From: Chlamydiales bacterium
GTDB taxonomy: Bacteria; Chlamydiota; Chlamydiia; Chlamydiales; JAAKFR01
Assembly: GCA_041395025.1 (NCBI GenBank)
Contig: JAWLBH010000001.1
Span: 1,110,001-1,142,000 of the forward strand
Reading direction: 5' to 3'
Length of the DNA: 32,000 bases
Under the pieces are notes generated by a model, which was not told the origin of the DNA, searched no databases, and was given only the letters and a program-made list of their open reading frames with translations. Positions 15,818 to 26,089 of the stretch are shown piece after piece (position 1 is the stretch's first letter; the number at the start of each line of letters is the position of its first letter). The translations under genes and the position numbers were made by a program.

Positions 15818-18800
15818 TCATTTTTCACTCTCTTGGATCTTATCAAATGCTATAAGGCTTTCGTATAAGTCCCATATCTCTTGTAAAATTGCTAAGCGGT
15901 TGACACGAATAGAAGATGAATCTGTAAGAATTTTAATTTTTTCAAATAAATTTTCTACAGGTTTTTCAAAATGAGATAAGAGTAAGAAAGCAGTTGAATA
16001 GTCTTTGTCTTTTGATCTACTAGGATGGAATAATTCTTTTTCAAATGTTTTTTTTATATCTATAGTCACTTGGTAGAGACCTTTTTCTGTTGGATCTTCA
16101 AATAGCGTTGGATTGACTTTAGGAAAGTGAGTGGTAAGAGATTTATCTCTTGCTTGTGAGGGTAGTAGAAGTTGAGGATTTTGGGTAAAAAGAATTTTTT
16201 TTACACGCATATAGGTTTTGAGGATTGAAGAAAACGTGCTACCTTCGCTTTTTCTCACATCATGCAAGGCTTGGATTTTCCGATAAATATCATAACAATC
16301 ATTAAGCCCTTTGGCCAACACCGCTTCTATTGCATCGTTAGGATATCCTTCTTCGTGAAGAATAGTACGAAAGCGGTGGATAAGAAAGATTTCTATCTCT
16401 TGAAGAAGATTTTCTTGGGTAGTTGGGAAAAGCTTTACAATTTCATCAAATATTTGATTTAGAAGAAAATGAAGTTTTTGTTGAATCATAATTTTCAGCA
16501 ATCCACTCCCTTGTCGACGCAGAGCGTAGGGATCACTAGATGATGTGGGCTTCAATCCAATAATAAAACAGCTCATCAGATTATCCATCTTATCAGCTAA
16601 ACTTAACAAAACGCCACAGGGTGTTTTAGGGAGAATGCTTTTCTCTCCAGTTGGCATCCAATGTTCTTTAATAGCAGAGGCAACCATTTCAGTTTCCCCT
16701 TGTTTAAGGGCATAAATGGCTCCTATATGTCCTTGTAAACTAGGAAATTCTCCAACTAAGAGTGAAGCAAGATCAGATTTAGACAATTCAGCGGCACGGT
16801 GTAAATCACGAATGTTACAAATAGGAAGAGAGTTATGTAAGATTGTAGTGATTTTTTTTAGACGTTCTACCTTTTCCCAGACGCTTCCAAGTTGTTTTTG
16901 AAATGTCATCTTTCTCAGTTTATCATTCAAATGATCAAGAGAAGTTTTTAGATCTTCTTCATAGAGAAAAACCCCGTCAGCAAGACGAGGTGATAAAGCT
17001 CTTTGATTTCCTTTTTGGATAAGATCTGTTGGTCTATTATCACAAACAATAAGAAATTCAGAAGTGAGTTTTCCTTCGGTGCTTTCAATAGGAAAATATT
17101 TTTGATGTTCAACAAGTTCACAGATCAGAACCTCTTTAGGGGCTTGTAGAAATTTGTGATCAAAACTTGATTTGATCACAAAAGGCCATTCTACAAGATG
17201 AACTAACTCAGAGAGTAAATCCTCTTGTGCTACGATTTTACCTTCCGATGTTAGGTTTTTTATCTGCGTGAGGATAGATTGTTTACGCTCTTCAATAGAA
17301 ACCATAACCATGTGCGATTTGAGGGTCTCAAGATAGGTAGTAGCGAAGGAAATTGTAAAGGGAGCAGGATCAAGTTGACGATGCCCGAAAGAGAGTTTTC
17401 CTGAGGAAATCTCTCCAATAGAAAAAGAAATCTTTTCTTCACCATACAACGCAACTATCCATCGAATCGGTCGAGGGTACTCAATATTGGATTGATCCCA
17501 ACGCATCATCTTCGGAAAGGAGGTTTTCAAAATCAAAGAAGGCAGAGCTTGAGCTAAAAGTAAAGCAGTCGATTGGATGGGAGGTTGGATGTTTACAAAG
17601 AGATAATCTTCATTCTTGATAGATTGAATACTGACTTCCGCAACTTCTCGATTTTTTATTTGTTCCAACGAGGTCACAGAAATTTGGATAGAAGAGAAAA
17701 AGCCTTGACCAATTTGTGTAGGTTTTCCATGAATGTCAAACGCAAATTTTACAGAAGGACCTTTGCGTACAATCGGTTTAGGAGAAGTTTCGCTGATTAA
17801 TTTTCTCACTACAACTGCAAGACGACGAGGGGTGCCATAGGTTTCAATAGTGTGAAACACAAGAGCATTTTGCTGCAGAAATTCAGCAATCTTACTTTTA
17901 AGACTACGTAAACCTATTTCTACAAAACCTGCGGGAAGTTCTTCAGATCCGATTTCCAAAAGAAAATCTTGTTCGATCCTGAGATCATATTTTTTTGTAC
18001 AAGGAAAAAGAGGGGGTCGTATCTCTTCTGTCTGCTTTTTTAGGAGAGGGAAAGATTGTTTTTCACGACTTTTTATATAAAGCTCAGCGATCGCTCTAGC
18101 TAGCGAACGAATGCGTCCAATGTAACCTGTGCGTTCAGTTACTGAGATAACCCCTCGTGCATCAAGAATATTAAAGGTATGCGAGGCTTTCATTACAAAA
18201 TCATAAGCTGGAATGGGCAAATCGTGTTGGATTAAACGTGTTGCTTCACCCTCAAAATCTTCAAAATGACGTAACCACATTGCGGGGTCAGCTCTCGTAA
18301 AATTATAATGACTCCATTCCCATTCGTTCCGTCTAAAGATCTCTCCATAAGTGATCTCATCATTCCATTTTAAGTCAAAAAACGAATCTACTCCTTGAAT
18401 ATAAAGAGCTAGCCGTTCAAGACCATAGGTTAACTCAACACTGACTGGTTTTACTGGAAGCCCTCCAACTGATTGGAAATAGGTGAACTGAGTGATTTCC
18501 ATTCCATCAGCCCAAACTTCCCAACCTAACCCCCAAGCCCCGATCGTGGGATTTTCCCAGTCATCTTGCACAAAACGAATATCATGCTCTCTCAAATCTA
18601 ATTCGATTGCTCTTAAAGAATCTAGATAGAGATTTTGGATTTCAGAAGGTGCTGGTTTGATAATGACTTGCATTTGATGATAAGATTGTATGCGATTTGG
18701 ATTATCTCCATAACGTCCATCTTTTGGGCGACGTGAAGGCTCAATATAGACTGCAGAATAGGGTTCAGGTCCCAAACAGCGGAGAAAAGTGGCTGGGTTA

Positions 18801-18904
18801 AAGGTGCCAGCTCCAGTTTCAAGGTCATATCCTTGATGAATCAAACACCCTTTACTCGCCCAAAATCGGGTAAGATTTAAAATCATTTCTTGAAAATTCA
18901 TCAT
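15818..18904 (-). CDS. glyQS: Glycine--tRNA ligase, fused alpha+beta subunits (GlyQS)
   Basis: 1028 aa. The N-terminus ([68 protein letters not shown]) is classic GlyQ. The remaining ~720 aa are GlyS-like. A single-chain fusion is typical of Chlamydiae. Confidence 0.95.
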   Translation of the reverse strand: MMNFQEMILNLTRFWASKGCLIHQGYDLETGAGTFNPATFLRCLGPEPYSAVYIEPSRRPKDGRYGDNPNRIQSYHQMQVIIKPAPSEIQNLYLDSLRAIELDLREHDIRFVQDDWENPTIGAWGLGWEVWADGMEITQFTYFQSVGGLPVKPVSVELTYGLERLALYIQGVDSFFDLKWNDEITYGEIFRRNEWEWSHYNFTRADPAMWLRHFEDFEGEATRLIQHDLPIPAYDFVMKASHTFNILDARGVISVTERTGYIGRIRSLARAIAELYIKSREKQSFPLLKKQTEEIRPPLFPCTKKYDLRIEQDFLLEIGSEELPAGFVEIGLRSLKSKIAEFLQQNALVFHTIETYGTPRRLAVVVRKLISETSPKPIVRKGPSVKFAFDIHGKPTQIGQGFFSSIQISVTSLEQIKNREVAEVSIQSIKNEDYLFVNIQPPIQSTALLLAQALPSLILKTSFPKMMRWDQSNIEYPRPIRWIVALYGEEKISFSIGEISSGKLSFGHRQLDPAPFTISFATTYLETLKSHMVMVSIEERKQSILTQIKNLTSEGKIVAQEDLLSELVHLVEWPFVIKSSFDHKFLQAPKEVLICELVEHQKYFPIESTEGKLTSEFLIVCDNRPTDLIQKGNQRALSPRLADGVFLYEEDLKTSLDHLNDKLRKMTFQKQLGSVWEKVERLKKITTILHNSLPICNIRDLHRAAELSKSDLASLLVGEFPSLQGHIGAIYALKQGETEMVASAIKEHWMPTGEKSILPKTPCGVLLSLADKMDNLMSCFIIGLKPTSSSDPYALRRQGSGLLKIMIQQKLHFLLNQIFDEIVKLFPTTQENLLQEIEIFLIHRFRTILHEEGYPNDAIEAVLAKGLNDCYDIYRKIQALHDVRKSEGSTFSSILKTYMRVKKILFTQNPQLLLPSQARDKSLTTHFPKVNPTLFEDPTEKGLYQVTIDIKKTFEKELFHPSRSKDKDYSTAFLLLSHFEKPVENLFEKIKILTDSSSIRVNRLAILQEIWDLYESLIAFDKIQESEK

Positions 18905-19111
18905 AATATATGGTATGTAGTCATTTAACTATATGGCAATGATCAGACAGGAGCAATCAGAAAATCACTCCATTCATGAATCTACGGTGAATTTTTTCTA
19001 TAATATTTTTTACTAATCCATAGAATAGTTGATATTCAATACATTCTCTACTTTACTTACATGGGTAGTATTTGTTAAACTTAAGAAGTTAATTTTTTTT
19101 TTTTAATATCA

Positions 19112-20383
19112 ATGATCATCAATTTAAATCGTTCATTTCAAATCCAACAAAATAATTCTTCGGGATTCTCTAATCGAAATCAAGAAGAGCCTCTCCAAGG
19201 TCGTCAAGCTTTTAACCCTTTAAGTGAATACTGGTGTAGAAAAACTTTGACTTCCAAAGCAATTTTCCATTTTCCACTCGTTTATCTTATGGGTATGGTT
19301 GGCTATGCCCTAGCGCTTGTTTTTCGCATCGCTGTTTTTGCAAAGGAGTTCTTTCGTTTATTTATTTGTTTGTTTCGAGATCTTTTTATCAAATGGGAAC
19401 TAGGAACAGCTTTTAAAAATCTACAAATTTCACTTATTCGAGTTTTTGGTGCGACTGTTGAACTAATTTCAGGAGTGATAGGGTTGGTGCTTCCTGTGAT
19501 TGCTTATTTGATTGATGATGGGATTCAACGCTTAGAGACAGTCCATGCATCCTCAACTTTTCGAGGATTATATTTAGAAGAGATCGTCATAGAAAATGAT
19601 GAAATCAATCATGGCCTTCCTCTAGATTCGAGAATTGTCGCATTCTTGCAAGATTATATTCCTGGAGAATCATCGGATCGGGTCAATGGCATCTACGAAC
19701 GTTTGCATTCACGACATCCACATGTTTCTGAATTCGATGATGCGATTCTGAAGAGTTTAAAAGAGCTAAAATCTTATTATTCAATAGAATATATTGCTTG
19801 TGATGTGAGTATGACCAATTTTAATTTTGCGAATGTCATCTTAGATAAACTTTCGGAAGAGCATTTGAAAGACACTTCTCTTAACAAGACTTTTTTCAAA
19901 CGTGTTGCATTCATGTATGCTGATGCATTTAGAAATCAAGGTTCAAAACCTCGTGGCTATAAAAATGAGAATTCAGAACAGAGGTTTGGTAAGGAGCTTA
20001 ATGAAATAAAAGATTGTTTGAATAAATTTTTTAATAATAATTCTAATATTCCATCTAAAGATTTATTGAATTTATTGAAGTTGAAAATGCTCTCTTTTTT
20101 TATGGAAGAAGATGAAACTTATGATTTTGATCCTATGAGCAAAAAATCTTGCCCTCATTATTTATCTAGAAAGGAGCTGGAAAATCAGTATCGAAGTTTT
20201 TACATGCAGCTGTTTCCTAATGGAATAGATTCAGAAATCGACCCAGAGAAGATTTGCAAAAATTGTCTAGATATTGCTGTCAAATTTATACAATCTAGCA
20301 CCGGGTTGCAAAGTCGTGTCATGCACATAGAATGGGAATTCTGGAAAAAAGCCAAAAATGAAAGAGCAGACAATCTACTTTGA
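19112..20383 (+). CDS. Hypothetical membrane protein (two long hydrophobic segments near the N-terminus, ~290 aa soluble C-terminal region)
   Basis: 423 aa. The polar N-terminus is followed by IFHFPLVYLMGMVGYALALVFRIAVFA and LIRVFGATVELISGVIGLVLPVIAYLI. I recognised no motif in the rest. The start codon is uncertain: there is no SD and a T13 tract lies just upstream. Confidence 0.55.
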   Translation: MIINLNRSFQIQQNNSSGFSNRNQEEPLQGRQAFNPLSEYWCRKTLTSKAIFHFPLVYLMGMVGYALALVFRIAVFAKEFFRLFICLFRDLFIKWELGTAFKNLQISLIRVFGATVELISGVIGLVLPVIAYLIDDGIQRLETVHASSTFRGLYLEEIVIENDEINHGLPLDSRIVAFLQDYIPGESSDRVNGIYERLHSRHPHVSEFDDAILKSLKELKSYYSIEYIACDVSMTNFNFANVILDKLSEEHLKDTSLNKTFFKRVAFMYADAFRNQGSKPRGYKNENSEQRFGKELNEIKDCLNKFFNNNSNIPSKDLLNLLKLKMLSFFMEEDETYDFDPMSKKSCPHYLSRKELENQYRSFYMQLFPNGIDSEIDPEKICKNCLDIAVKFIQSSTGLQSRVMHIEWEFWKKAKNERADNLL

Positions 20384-20489
20384 TCAAACAATTGACTCAC
20401 CCTCTTTAATGGGTTGCTTTAAAAGAATGGTCTCTCTTGATTAAAAATGTTGTCTAAATTAGCCTATCTAAAATCCATAGGCTGAGTAC

Positions 20490-21095
20490 GTGAGTATTGC
20501 TAATTATCTTACATTTTTTCGTATTTTCATTACACCTATCTTCATGTTTATTTATTTGGAACATGAATTATTAGCAATTAATCCAATTATTCTTCCCTAT
20601 TTCTTATTGACGTTTTTGATTTTTTCTGAACTTTCAGATGCTTTTGATGGATATTTAGCAAGGAAATTGCATCAAGTCACTGATCTTGGAAAAATTCTTG
20701 ATCCCATGGCAGATAGTATTTACCGTATTTCAGTCTTTTTAACTTTTACTCAACCTCCAGTGAACCTTCCCTTGCTGATTGTTTTTCTCTTTCTATATCG
20801 TGATTCAGTAATTAGTACGTTAAGAACAATCTGCGCATTTAGAGGATTTACACTTGCTGCTCGAGCTACAGGAAAAATTAAAGCAATGATTCAAGCAGGA
20901 AGTGCTTTTCTTGTCGTTTTTATGATGATTCCCTACTCCTTAGGAAAAATTTCTCAAATCTCTTTACGTTATACAGCAATTATTGCGATATCAGTGGCAG
21001 CTTTTTATGCTCTTTTATCTGGAATAGAGTACATTTGGGTGAATCGGGAGTATGTCCTCCGTCTTTTGACTGATCAAGAGGGGAACAAAGAGTAG
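20490..21095 (+). CDS. pgsA: CDP-diacylglycerol--glycerol-3-phosphate 3-phosphatidyltransferase (CDP-alcohol phosphatidyltransferase family)
   Basis: 201 aa with a GTG start. It has an exact CDP-OH-P-transferase motif DxxDGxxARx8GxxxDxxxD (DAFDGYLARKLHQVTDLGKILDPMAD). Its position next to glgA matches the recalled Chlamydia gene order. Confidence 0.85.
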   Translation: MSIANYLTFFRIFITPIFMFIYLEHELLAINPIILPYFLLTFLIFSELSDAFDGYLARKLHQVTDLGKILDPMADSIYRISVFLTFTQPPVNLPLLIVFLFLYRDSVISTLRTICAFRGFTLAARATGKIKAMIQAGSAFLVVFMMIPYSLGKISQISLRYTAIIAISVAAFYALLSGIEYIWVNREYVLRLLTDQEGNKE

Positions 21096-21126
21096 CCCCT
21101 CTTAGTCTTTCTAGATTTTTCATGAC

Positions 21127-22494
21127 TCAAGATGACTGAATGGATTGATAGATCTCAAGATAACGTTCAGCTGGCTGATCCCAACTATGGTTTTCTCGCA
21201 TTCCTGTAGCCATAAGTTCTTCCCATTGATTACTGTTCCATAGAGAAAGAGCTTTATCAAGTGCTTCTTGGATAGCTTCTGCTTTAGGATTTTTAAAGGT
21301 AAAGCCATTTGTTTGATTCACTGTATCAGCTAATCCTCCTGTTTCACGCACCAGAGGAACTGTTCCGTAGCGCATCGCGATCAACTGAGTTAAACCACAG
21401 GGTTCAAAAATAGAAGGAACAAGAAAAAGGTCTGCTCCTCCATAAACAAGATGAGAAAGCTCTTCATGATAATTAAGCTCTAAATGGATATGGGGAGAAC
21501 CAGCAAGTTTGCGTTTTAAGTGGTAAAAATCTTTATTAATTTTTTCATCAAAAGGAGATCCGATTAAAATAAACTGTCCTCCCCACTCGAGTGTTCTTAG
21601 AAGTGCTGTTTTAATCAATTCAAGTCCTTTTTGTGGAACTAGCCTAGTAATAGCCACCACAAGTGGACAGTTTTCTTCAATGAGAGAGAGTCTTTGGCGC
21701 AATATTTTTTTCACTGTTTTTTTCCCTTCTAAATGGTGTAAACTAAATTTCACCGGAAGAAAGGGATCTGTCTCCGGATTCCAGTAAGTGTTATCAATTC
21801 CATTAAGTATGCCACAAAATTTTTTTTGATTTTTTTTTAAGACTGGGCGTAGGTTTCCTCCTAATTTAGTCGTTAAAATTTCATCAGCATATCTCGGTGA
21901 AACAGTGGTAATATAATCAGCAAAAACGATTCCTCCTTTCATAAGATTATAAAGAGCTCCTTCTTTGATCTTTGTATCTTTCCAACCTAATCTTTCAAAC
22001 ACTTCTTCTGTACAAAGGCCTTGATAGGCTAGATTATGGATAGTAAATACAATTTTTCCTTTCAATTGAGGATATCGCTCTTTGATCAAACCAGCAATTC
22101 CTGCTGTATGCCAATCATGTAAATGAATGATATCGGGTTGTCTGCCTGATTGTGCTAGATATTCTACAACTGCATGGCAAAAAGAGATAAATCGAAATTG
22201 ATCATCAGGACATCCATAAATTTTGCCTCTTTTGAAACTATCTACAGTATTTAGTTCGATAAATCTCACAGGAATCGACTCGACAAATCCTTTCCATATG
22301 GACATATCTTTGGATGTTATATCCAATACAAATTTTTCAATCTGATCGCAATTGAGAAGGTCATATTTAGGAAGAATCACCTCAAGTTGATGTCCTTTAG
22401 CAAGAATCGCTTTAGACAAGCCTTGCAACATATCTCCTAATCCACCGACTTTAGCAATAGGGGCTAGTTCGCTTGTGACATGTAAAATATCCAT
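21127..22494 (-). CDS. glgA: Glycogen synthase GlgA
   Basis: From the ATG at 22494 the protein starts MDILHVTSELAPIAKVGGLGDMLQGL, containing the KxGGL motif of GT5 glycogen synthases. A C-terminal EPCGLTQL motif is also present. The track ORF extends 12 codons further upstream (to 22530) with no conserved sequence. Confidence 0.92.
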   Translation of the reverse strand: MDILHVTSELAPIAKVGGLGDMLQGLSKAILAKGHQLEVILPKYDLLNCDQIEKFVLDITSKDMSIWKGFVESIPVRFIELNTVDSFKRGKIYGCPDDQFRFISFCHAVVEYLAQSGRQPDIIHLHDWHTAGIAGLIKERYPQLKGKIVFTIHNLAYQGLCTEEVFERLGWKDTKIKEGALYNLMKGGIVFADYITTVSPRYADEILTTKLGGNLRPVLKKNQKKFCGILNGIDNTYWNPETDPFLPVKFSLHHLEGKKTVKKILRQRLSLIEENCPLVVAITRLVPQKGLELIKTALLRTLEWGGQFILIGSPFDEKINKDFYHLKRKLAGSPHIHLELNYHEELSHLVYGGADLFLVPSIFEPCGLTQLIAMRYGTVPLVRETGGLADTVNQTNGFTFKNPKAEAIQEALDKALSLWNSNQWEELMATGMRENHSWDQPAERYLEIYQSIQSS

Positions 22495-22553
22495 AATCTC
22501 TACCCTACTAAACCATTGAAAGAAAATCAAAGATTGAGTAGATTACATCCCTT

Positions 22554-22625
22554 TGGGGTGTAGCCAAGCGGTAAGGCAGCGGTTTTTGGTACCGTGTATC
22601 GGAGGTTCGAATCCTTCCACCCCAA
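22554..22625 (+). tRNA. tRNA-Gln (anticodon UUG)
   Basis: A manual cloverleaf fold gives: acceptor TGGGGTG/CACCCCA (U1:A72, as in bacterial tRNA-Gln), D arm GCC-AAGCGGTAA-GGC, anticodon stem GCGGT/ACCGT with loop TT-TTG-GT, variable loop GTATC, and T arm GGAGG-TTCGAAT-CCTTC. The discriminator is A and CCA is not encoded. Confidence 0.9.
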
Positions 22626-22677
22626 TTCATAGAATCTCTATGAATTGGTCGATGTTCTCAATTGGTTTTTTTTCTTG

Positions 22678-23619
22678 ATGACTCAGCAACAGTATAGTGT
22701 TTTTTCCGGTACTTCTCATCCAAAATTCTCGGAAGAGCTTTGTAAATATCTTTCTATTCCTATGGGAAGAGTTTCTTTTGAGCCTTTCCCAGATGGAGAG
22801 ATCTATGTTCAAATTCAAGATAATGTTAGAGGAAGAGATGTCTTTGTTGTCCAGTCAATCGCACGTAAGCCTAACTACTATTTGATGGAATTGCTCATCA
22901 TGATCGATGCTTTGAAAAGAGCTTCAGCTAAAAGCATTGTCGCTGTGATCCCTTATTTTGGGTACGCTAGACAGGATAGAAAAAATCGACCACGTGTGCC
23001 AATCACCGCGAAACTCGTAGCAGATTTATTAGCTACTGCTGGTGCGACCCGAGTCTTGACTATGGATTTACATGCAGGACAAATTCAAGGTTTCTTCAAT
23101 GTTCCAGTGGATCATCTTTATGCACGTCCAGTATTAGCCGATGTAATACTAAAAGAAAAAAAAAATAATTTAATTGTCATGGCACCTGACTTAGGGGCAA
23201 TTAAAATTGCTAGAGCTTATGCGAATCACTTAAAAGCTGATTTTGGTGTTATTGACAAAAGGCGAGTCAGCTCTAAAGAAGTTGCCATTACTGCGATTAT
23301 TGGGAATTTAAAAGGACAAGATGTGCTTCTCACAGATGACATGTGTGCAACAGGTGGGACACTTATCCAAGCTGCTTGTGCTTGTAAAGAGGCAGGAGGG
23401 CAGGAAATTTTTGCTGTCTTTTCACATGGCTTACTCGTAGAGGAAGCAAAAACAAAATTGATAAATAGCTCAATTAAAAAAATATTTATGAGTAACTCAG
23501 TCCCGCCAGTAAAAGAAGAGGGGCATGAGAAAATTGTCGTTGTTTCAATTGCAGATCTGTTTGGAGAGGCGATTCGTCGGATTATCTCTGCGGAATCGAT
23601 TTCTTCAATTTTTCAATAA
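22678..23619 (+). CDS. prs: Ribose-phosphate pyrophosphokinase (PRPP synthetase)
   Basis: FSGTSHPKFSEELCKYLSIPMGRVSFEPFPDGEIYVQIQDNVRGRDVFVVQS, YFGYARQDRK, DLHAGQIQGFFNVPVDHL and the PRPP-binding loop DDMCATGGT. I prefer the ATG at 22678 (MTQQQYSVF...) over the track start at 22645. Confidence 0.92.
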   Translation: MTQQQYSVFSGTSHPKFSEELCKYLSIPMGRVSFEPFPDGEIYVQIQDNVRGRDVFVVQSIARKPNYYLMELLIMIDALKRASAKSIVAVIPYFGYARQDRKNRPRVPITAKLVADLLATAGATRVLTMDLHAGQIQGFFNVPVDHLYARPVLADVILKEKKNNLIVMAPDLGAIKIARAYANHLKADFGVIDKRRVSSKEVAITAIIGNLKGQDVLLTDDMCATGGTLIQAACACKEAGGQEIFAVFSHGLLVEEAKTKLINSSIKKIFMSNSVPPVKEEGHEKIVVVSIADLFGEAIRRIISAESISSIFQ

Positions 23620-23762
23620 AAGCTCTTGTTGATCGTTTTTATCTTTTTTAAGAAAAAAAAGAGAAATAGTAGTGAGCGTGAAAAATTTACTTTTGTAACT
23701 AGCTCTAAAATCTCACTTGATTTATAATCTTTTAATTCAGCAAAGAAGATGAGGAGAAAAAG

Positions 23763-24320
23763 ATGGAACTCACTTTAGTGAGTCGTAAGCTTGGCAACAA
23801 GAGTGAAGTAAAAAAAATTCGACGTCAGGGGGATATCCCAGCAATTCTCTATTCTAAAGGAGAAAAGGGGAAACCTATTGTTGTGAATGGAAATGCATTT
23901 TTAAAATCTCTTAATCAGATCGAAAAAGGCACACTTTCTTCAAAAGTTTTTTTCTTAGAGATTGAAGGAAAGAAGATTAAAGCAATTATTAAAGATATCC
24001 ATTATGCCATCACTTCATATGCAATTATACATTTAGATTTTCAAGAACTGTATGATGACATTCCTATCACTTTAAATATTCCTGTAAAGTTTCTTAATAC
24101 CGTTGAATGTGCAGGGGTAAAACTTGGAGGAGTACTCCGTCAGTTATTGCGTCAGGTGAAGGTGTCTTGTTTGCCAGGTCATATTCCCGATAGATTTAAC
24201 TTTGATGTGCGTGATTTGGTTTTGGGGCAGTCTCTAAAACTGAATACACTAAAAGTTCCAAATGGAGTAGAGGTCATCACGAAATTAAATGAAGTTGTAG
24301 TGACTGTTGCGAAGAAATGA
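23763..24320 (+). CDS. rplY: 50S ribosomal protein L25 / general stress protein Ctc
   Basis: 185 aa. The N-terminus (RKLGNKSEVKKIRRQGDIPAILYSKGE) fits the L25/Ctc signature. It has the long Ctc-type C-terminal domain. Its stop overlaps the pth start (ATGA at 24317-24320). Confidence 0.88.
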   Translation: MELTLVSRKLGNKSEVKKIRRQGDIPAILYSKGEKGKPIVVNGNAFLKSLNQIEKGTLSSKVFFLEIEGKKIKAIIKDIHYAITSYAIIHLDFQELYDDIPITLNIPVKFLNTVECAGVKLGGVLRQLLRQVKVSCLPGHIPDRFNFDVRDLVLGQSLKLNTLKVPNGVEVITKLNEVVVTVAKK

Positions 24321-24901
24321 TGCAAGAGGGTTTTCTTATTGTTGGATTAGGGAATCCACTATCAAGATATGAAAAAACCCGCCATAACTTAGGATTTATG
24401 GTTGTGAAGGCCTTAGTTGAAAAACAAGGTTTGGCTTTTAAAACGATTGAACGGTTAAGTGGTAAAATTGCGATTGGGTTAGTGAATGATAAAAAGCTCT
24501 ATGTTTTGATGCCCTTAACTTATATGAATCTAAGTGGTCGAGCTGTACGTAGCACGCTGGATTATTATCGGCTTCCTCTTCACAACCTGTTAGTGATTGT
24601 TGATGATATTTATCTCAAATTGGGAGTCATGCGTTTGAGAGCAAAAGGCAGCTCTGGTGGGCATAACGGTTTAAAGAATATTGAGGCTTCTTTGTCTAGT
24701 TCGGATTATGCACGTCTTCGTATCGGAGTGGGAGGGGCTTCTGAAAAAAGTTTGGAGAGTTATGTTTTGGAAAATTTTACAGCTGATCAAGAGGCATGTT
24801 TACCCGCTATGATTAACAAGGGAGTTATGGTAGCAATTTCTTGGCTCACTCAAGGAATCAAAATAGCTCAGCAGCTTATTAGTGGAAATGACTTAACTTA
24901 A
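24317..24901 (+). CDS. pth: Peptidyl-tRNA hydrolase
   Basis: LIVGLGNPLSRYEKTRHNLGF ... YMNLSGRAV ... GGHNGLKNI ... RLRIGVG. All Pth signature blocks are present. Confidence 0.93.
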   Translation: MMQEGFLIVGLGNPLSRYEKTRHNLGFMVVKALVEKQGLAFKTIERLSGKIAIGLVNDKKLYVLMPLTYMNLSGRAVRSTLDYYRLPLHNLLVIVDDIYLKLGVMRLRAKGSSGGHNGLKNIEASLSSSDYARLRIGVGGASEKSLESYVLENFTADQEACLPAMINKGVMVAISWLTQGIKIAQQLISGNDLT

Positions 24902-24970
24902 GAGATATTTAAAAAATGCTCAACTTGTAAAAATGGCTCAATTATAATTTTCTGATGAAAGGATAGATTT

Positions 24971-25306
24971 ATGAAAGAAAAAACTCAGCTTTATGAGGGG
25001 ATGTATGTCCTTAATGCGACTTTAAGTGAAGATGCTCGTGCCAAAGCGTTAGAGAGAATTACATTAGAAATTACCAGTCGTGGAGGCAAAGTGCATCAGG
25101 TCCATGATCAAGGACGTAAAAAGCTTGCTTATGAAATTCGAGGTTCAAAAGAGGGATATTATTTTCTTTTTTACTTTTCTGCTCCTACTTCCAAACTAGC
25201 TGAATTATGGAGAGAATACCATCTTAATGAAGATCTTTTACGATTTTTAACCTTGAAAACGGATGCCATTAAAGAATCAATTGAATTTAAGAAATTACCT
25301 GAATAA
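24971..25306 (+). CDS. rpsF: 30S ribosomal protein S6
   Basis: 111 aa: [14 protein letters not shown]...[19 protein letters not shown], the typical S6 pattern. Confidence 0.92.
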   Translation: MKEKTQLYEGMYVLNATLSEDARAKALERITLEITSRGGKVHQVHDQGRKKLAYEIRGSKEGYYFLFYFSAPTSKLAELWREYHLNEDLLRFLTLKTDAIKESIEFKKLPE

Positions 25307-25313
25307 AGAAATT

Positions 25314-25583
25314 ATGGAGATGTCAAAAATGTCGTCAGATTTGATGGGAGATTCTCGAAGAAAGCGTCTAACTCCAAAGCGATGTCCTTTCATAGCAGCA
25401 GGTTGGAAGGAGGTCGATTACAAAGATGTGGATACACTTAAGCGTTTTATTACTGAGCGTGGTAAAATTCTTCCTCGGCGTATTACAGGTGTCTCTGCAC
25501 AGTTTCAGCGATTCTTGAATACAGCAATTAAGCGGGCTCGTTACATTGGATTTTTGCCTTTTGTTGGGGGAAGTAACTCATGA
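25314..25583 (+). CDS. rpsR: 30S ribosomal protein S18
   Basis: [69 protein letters not shown]. The true start is one of the ATGs at 25314, 25320 or 25329. The track start at 25263 would overlap rpsF. Confidence 0.9.
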   Translation: MEMSKMSSDLMGDSRRKRLTPKRCPFIAAGWKEVDYKDVDTLKRFITERGKILPRRITGVSAQFQRFLNTAIKRARYIGFLPFVGGSNS

Positions 25584-26071
25584 AACAACAGCTTTTATTA
25601 TTAGATGATATAGATGGTTTAGGAAGAAGTGGAGACCTTGTTTCTGCTAAACCTGGTTTTATTCGTAATTTTCTTATTCCACAAAAGAAAGCAGTTGTCG
25701 CAGATAAACATACGTTGAAAATGCAAGCGTTTTTAAAAGAAGAGCGAGAAAAAAAAGCAAGAATTGAAAAAAAAGAGGCAGAAGCATTAGCTGCTCGTTT
25801 GGATGGGGTGATCATTTCGACGGAGGTCAAAGTTGATCCTGATGGAAAAATGTATGGCTCAGTGACAATTCTTAATATTGTGCGTTTGATGGAGTCTCAA
25901 GGTTATCTAGTCGATCGCAAGCATATTCTTTTATCTTCTCCAATTAAAGAAGTAGGAAAACACACAATTAAACTCAAACTCCCAGAAGATGTGTTTGCTT
26001 CTTTTATACTTGAAGTGAAGCCAGAAGAAGGTCAATCTACTATGGAAACAGAGGAAATACCGAGTCCCTAA
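25580..26071 (+). CDS. rplI: 50S ribosomal protein L9
   Basis: 163 aa: [35 protein letters not shown], the L9 N-domain signature. There is a 4-nt overlap with the rpsR stop. Confidence 0.9.
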   Translation: MKQQLLLLDDIDGLGRSGDLVSAKPGFIRNFLIPQKKAVVADKHTLKMQAFLKEEREKKARIEKKEAEALAARLDGVIISTEVKVDPDGKMYGSVTILNIVRLMESQGYLVDRKHILLSSPIKEVGKHTIKLKLPEDVFASFILEVKPEEGQSTMETEEIPSP

Positions 26072-26089
26072 AGTTCTAGGAGAGATCAT

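Noticed and set aside
15804-15834. Imperfect hairpin (AAGAGAG-G-GTGA ... TCAC-TCTCTT) between convergent paralog 3 and glyQS, as a possible bidirectional terminator.
   Set aside because: The stem has a bulge and overlaps the last codons and stop of glyQS. It is not followed by a U-run on either strand, so support for an intrinsic terminator call is insufficient.
15777-15974. 65 aa plus-strand ORF downstream of paralog 3.
   Set aside because: It overlaps the well-supported 3' end of glyQS on the opposite strand and has no motif or RBS.
20461-20483. 7 bp stem-loop AGCCTAT-N9-ATAGGCT immediately upstream of the pgsA GTG start. A similar ATAGGC-N8-GCCTAT hairpin lies at 28818..28837, after the heptose kinase gene.
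   Set aside because: The stems are short with no T-tract. There are only two occurrences with merely a shared 6-mer, which could be chance. I cannot distinguish a regulatory element from noise without genome-wide counts.
23620-23762. Sigma-70-type promoter upstream of rplY (TATAAT at 23723..23728; TTGTAA at 23693..23698).
   Set aside because: The spacing between the candidate -35 and -10 hexamers is ~24 nt, and no better -35 sits at 16-19 nt. TATAAT-like hexamers are frequent in AT-rich spacers.
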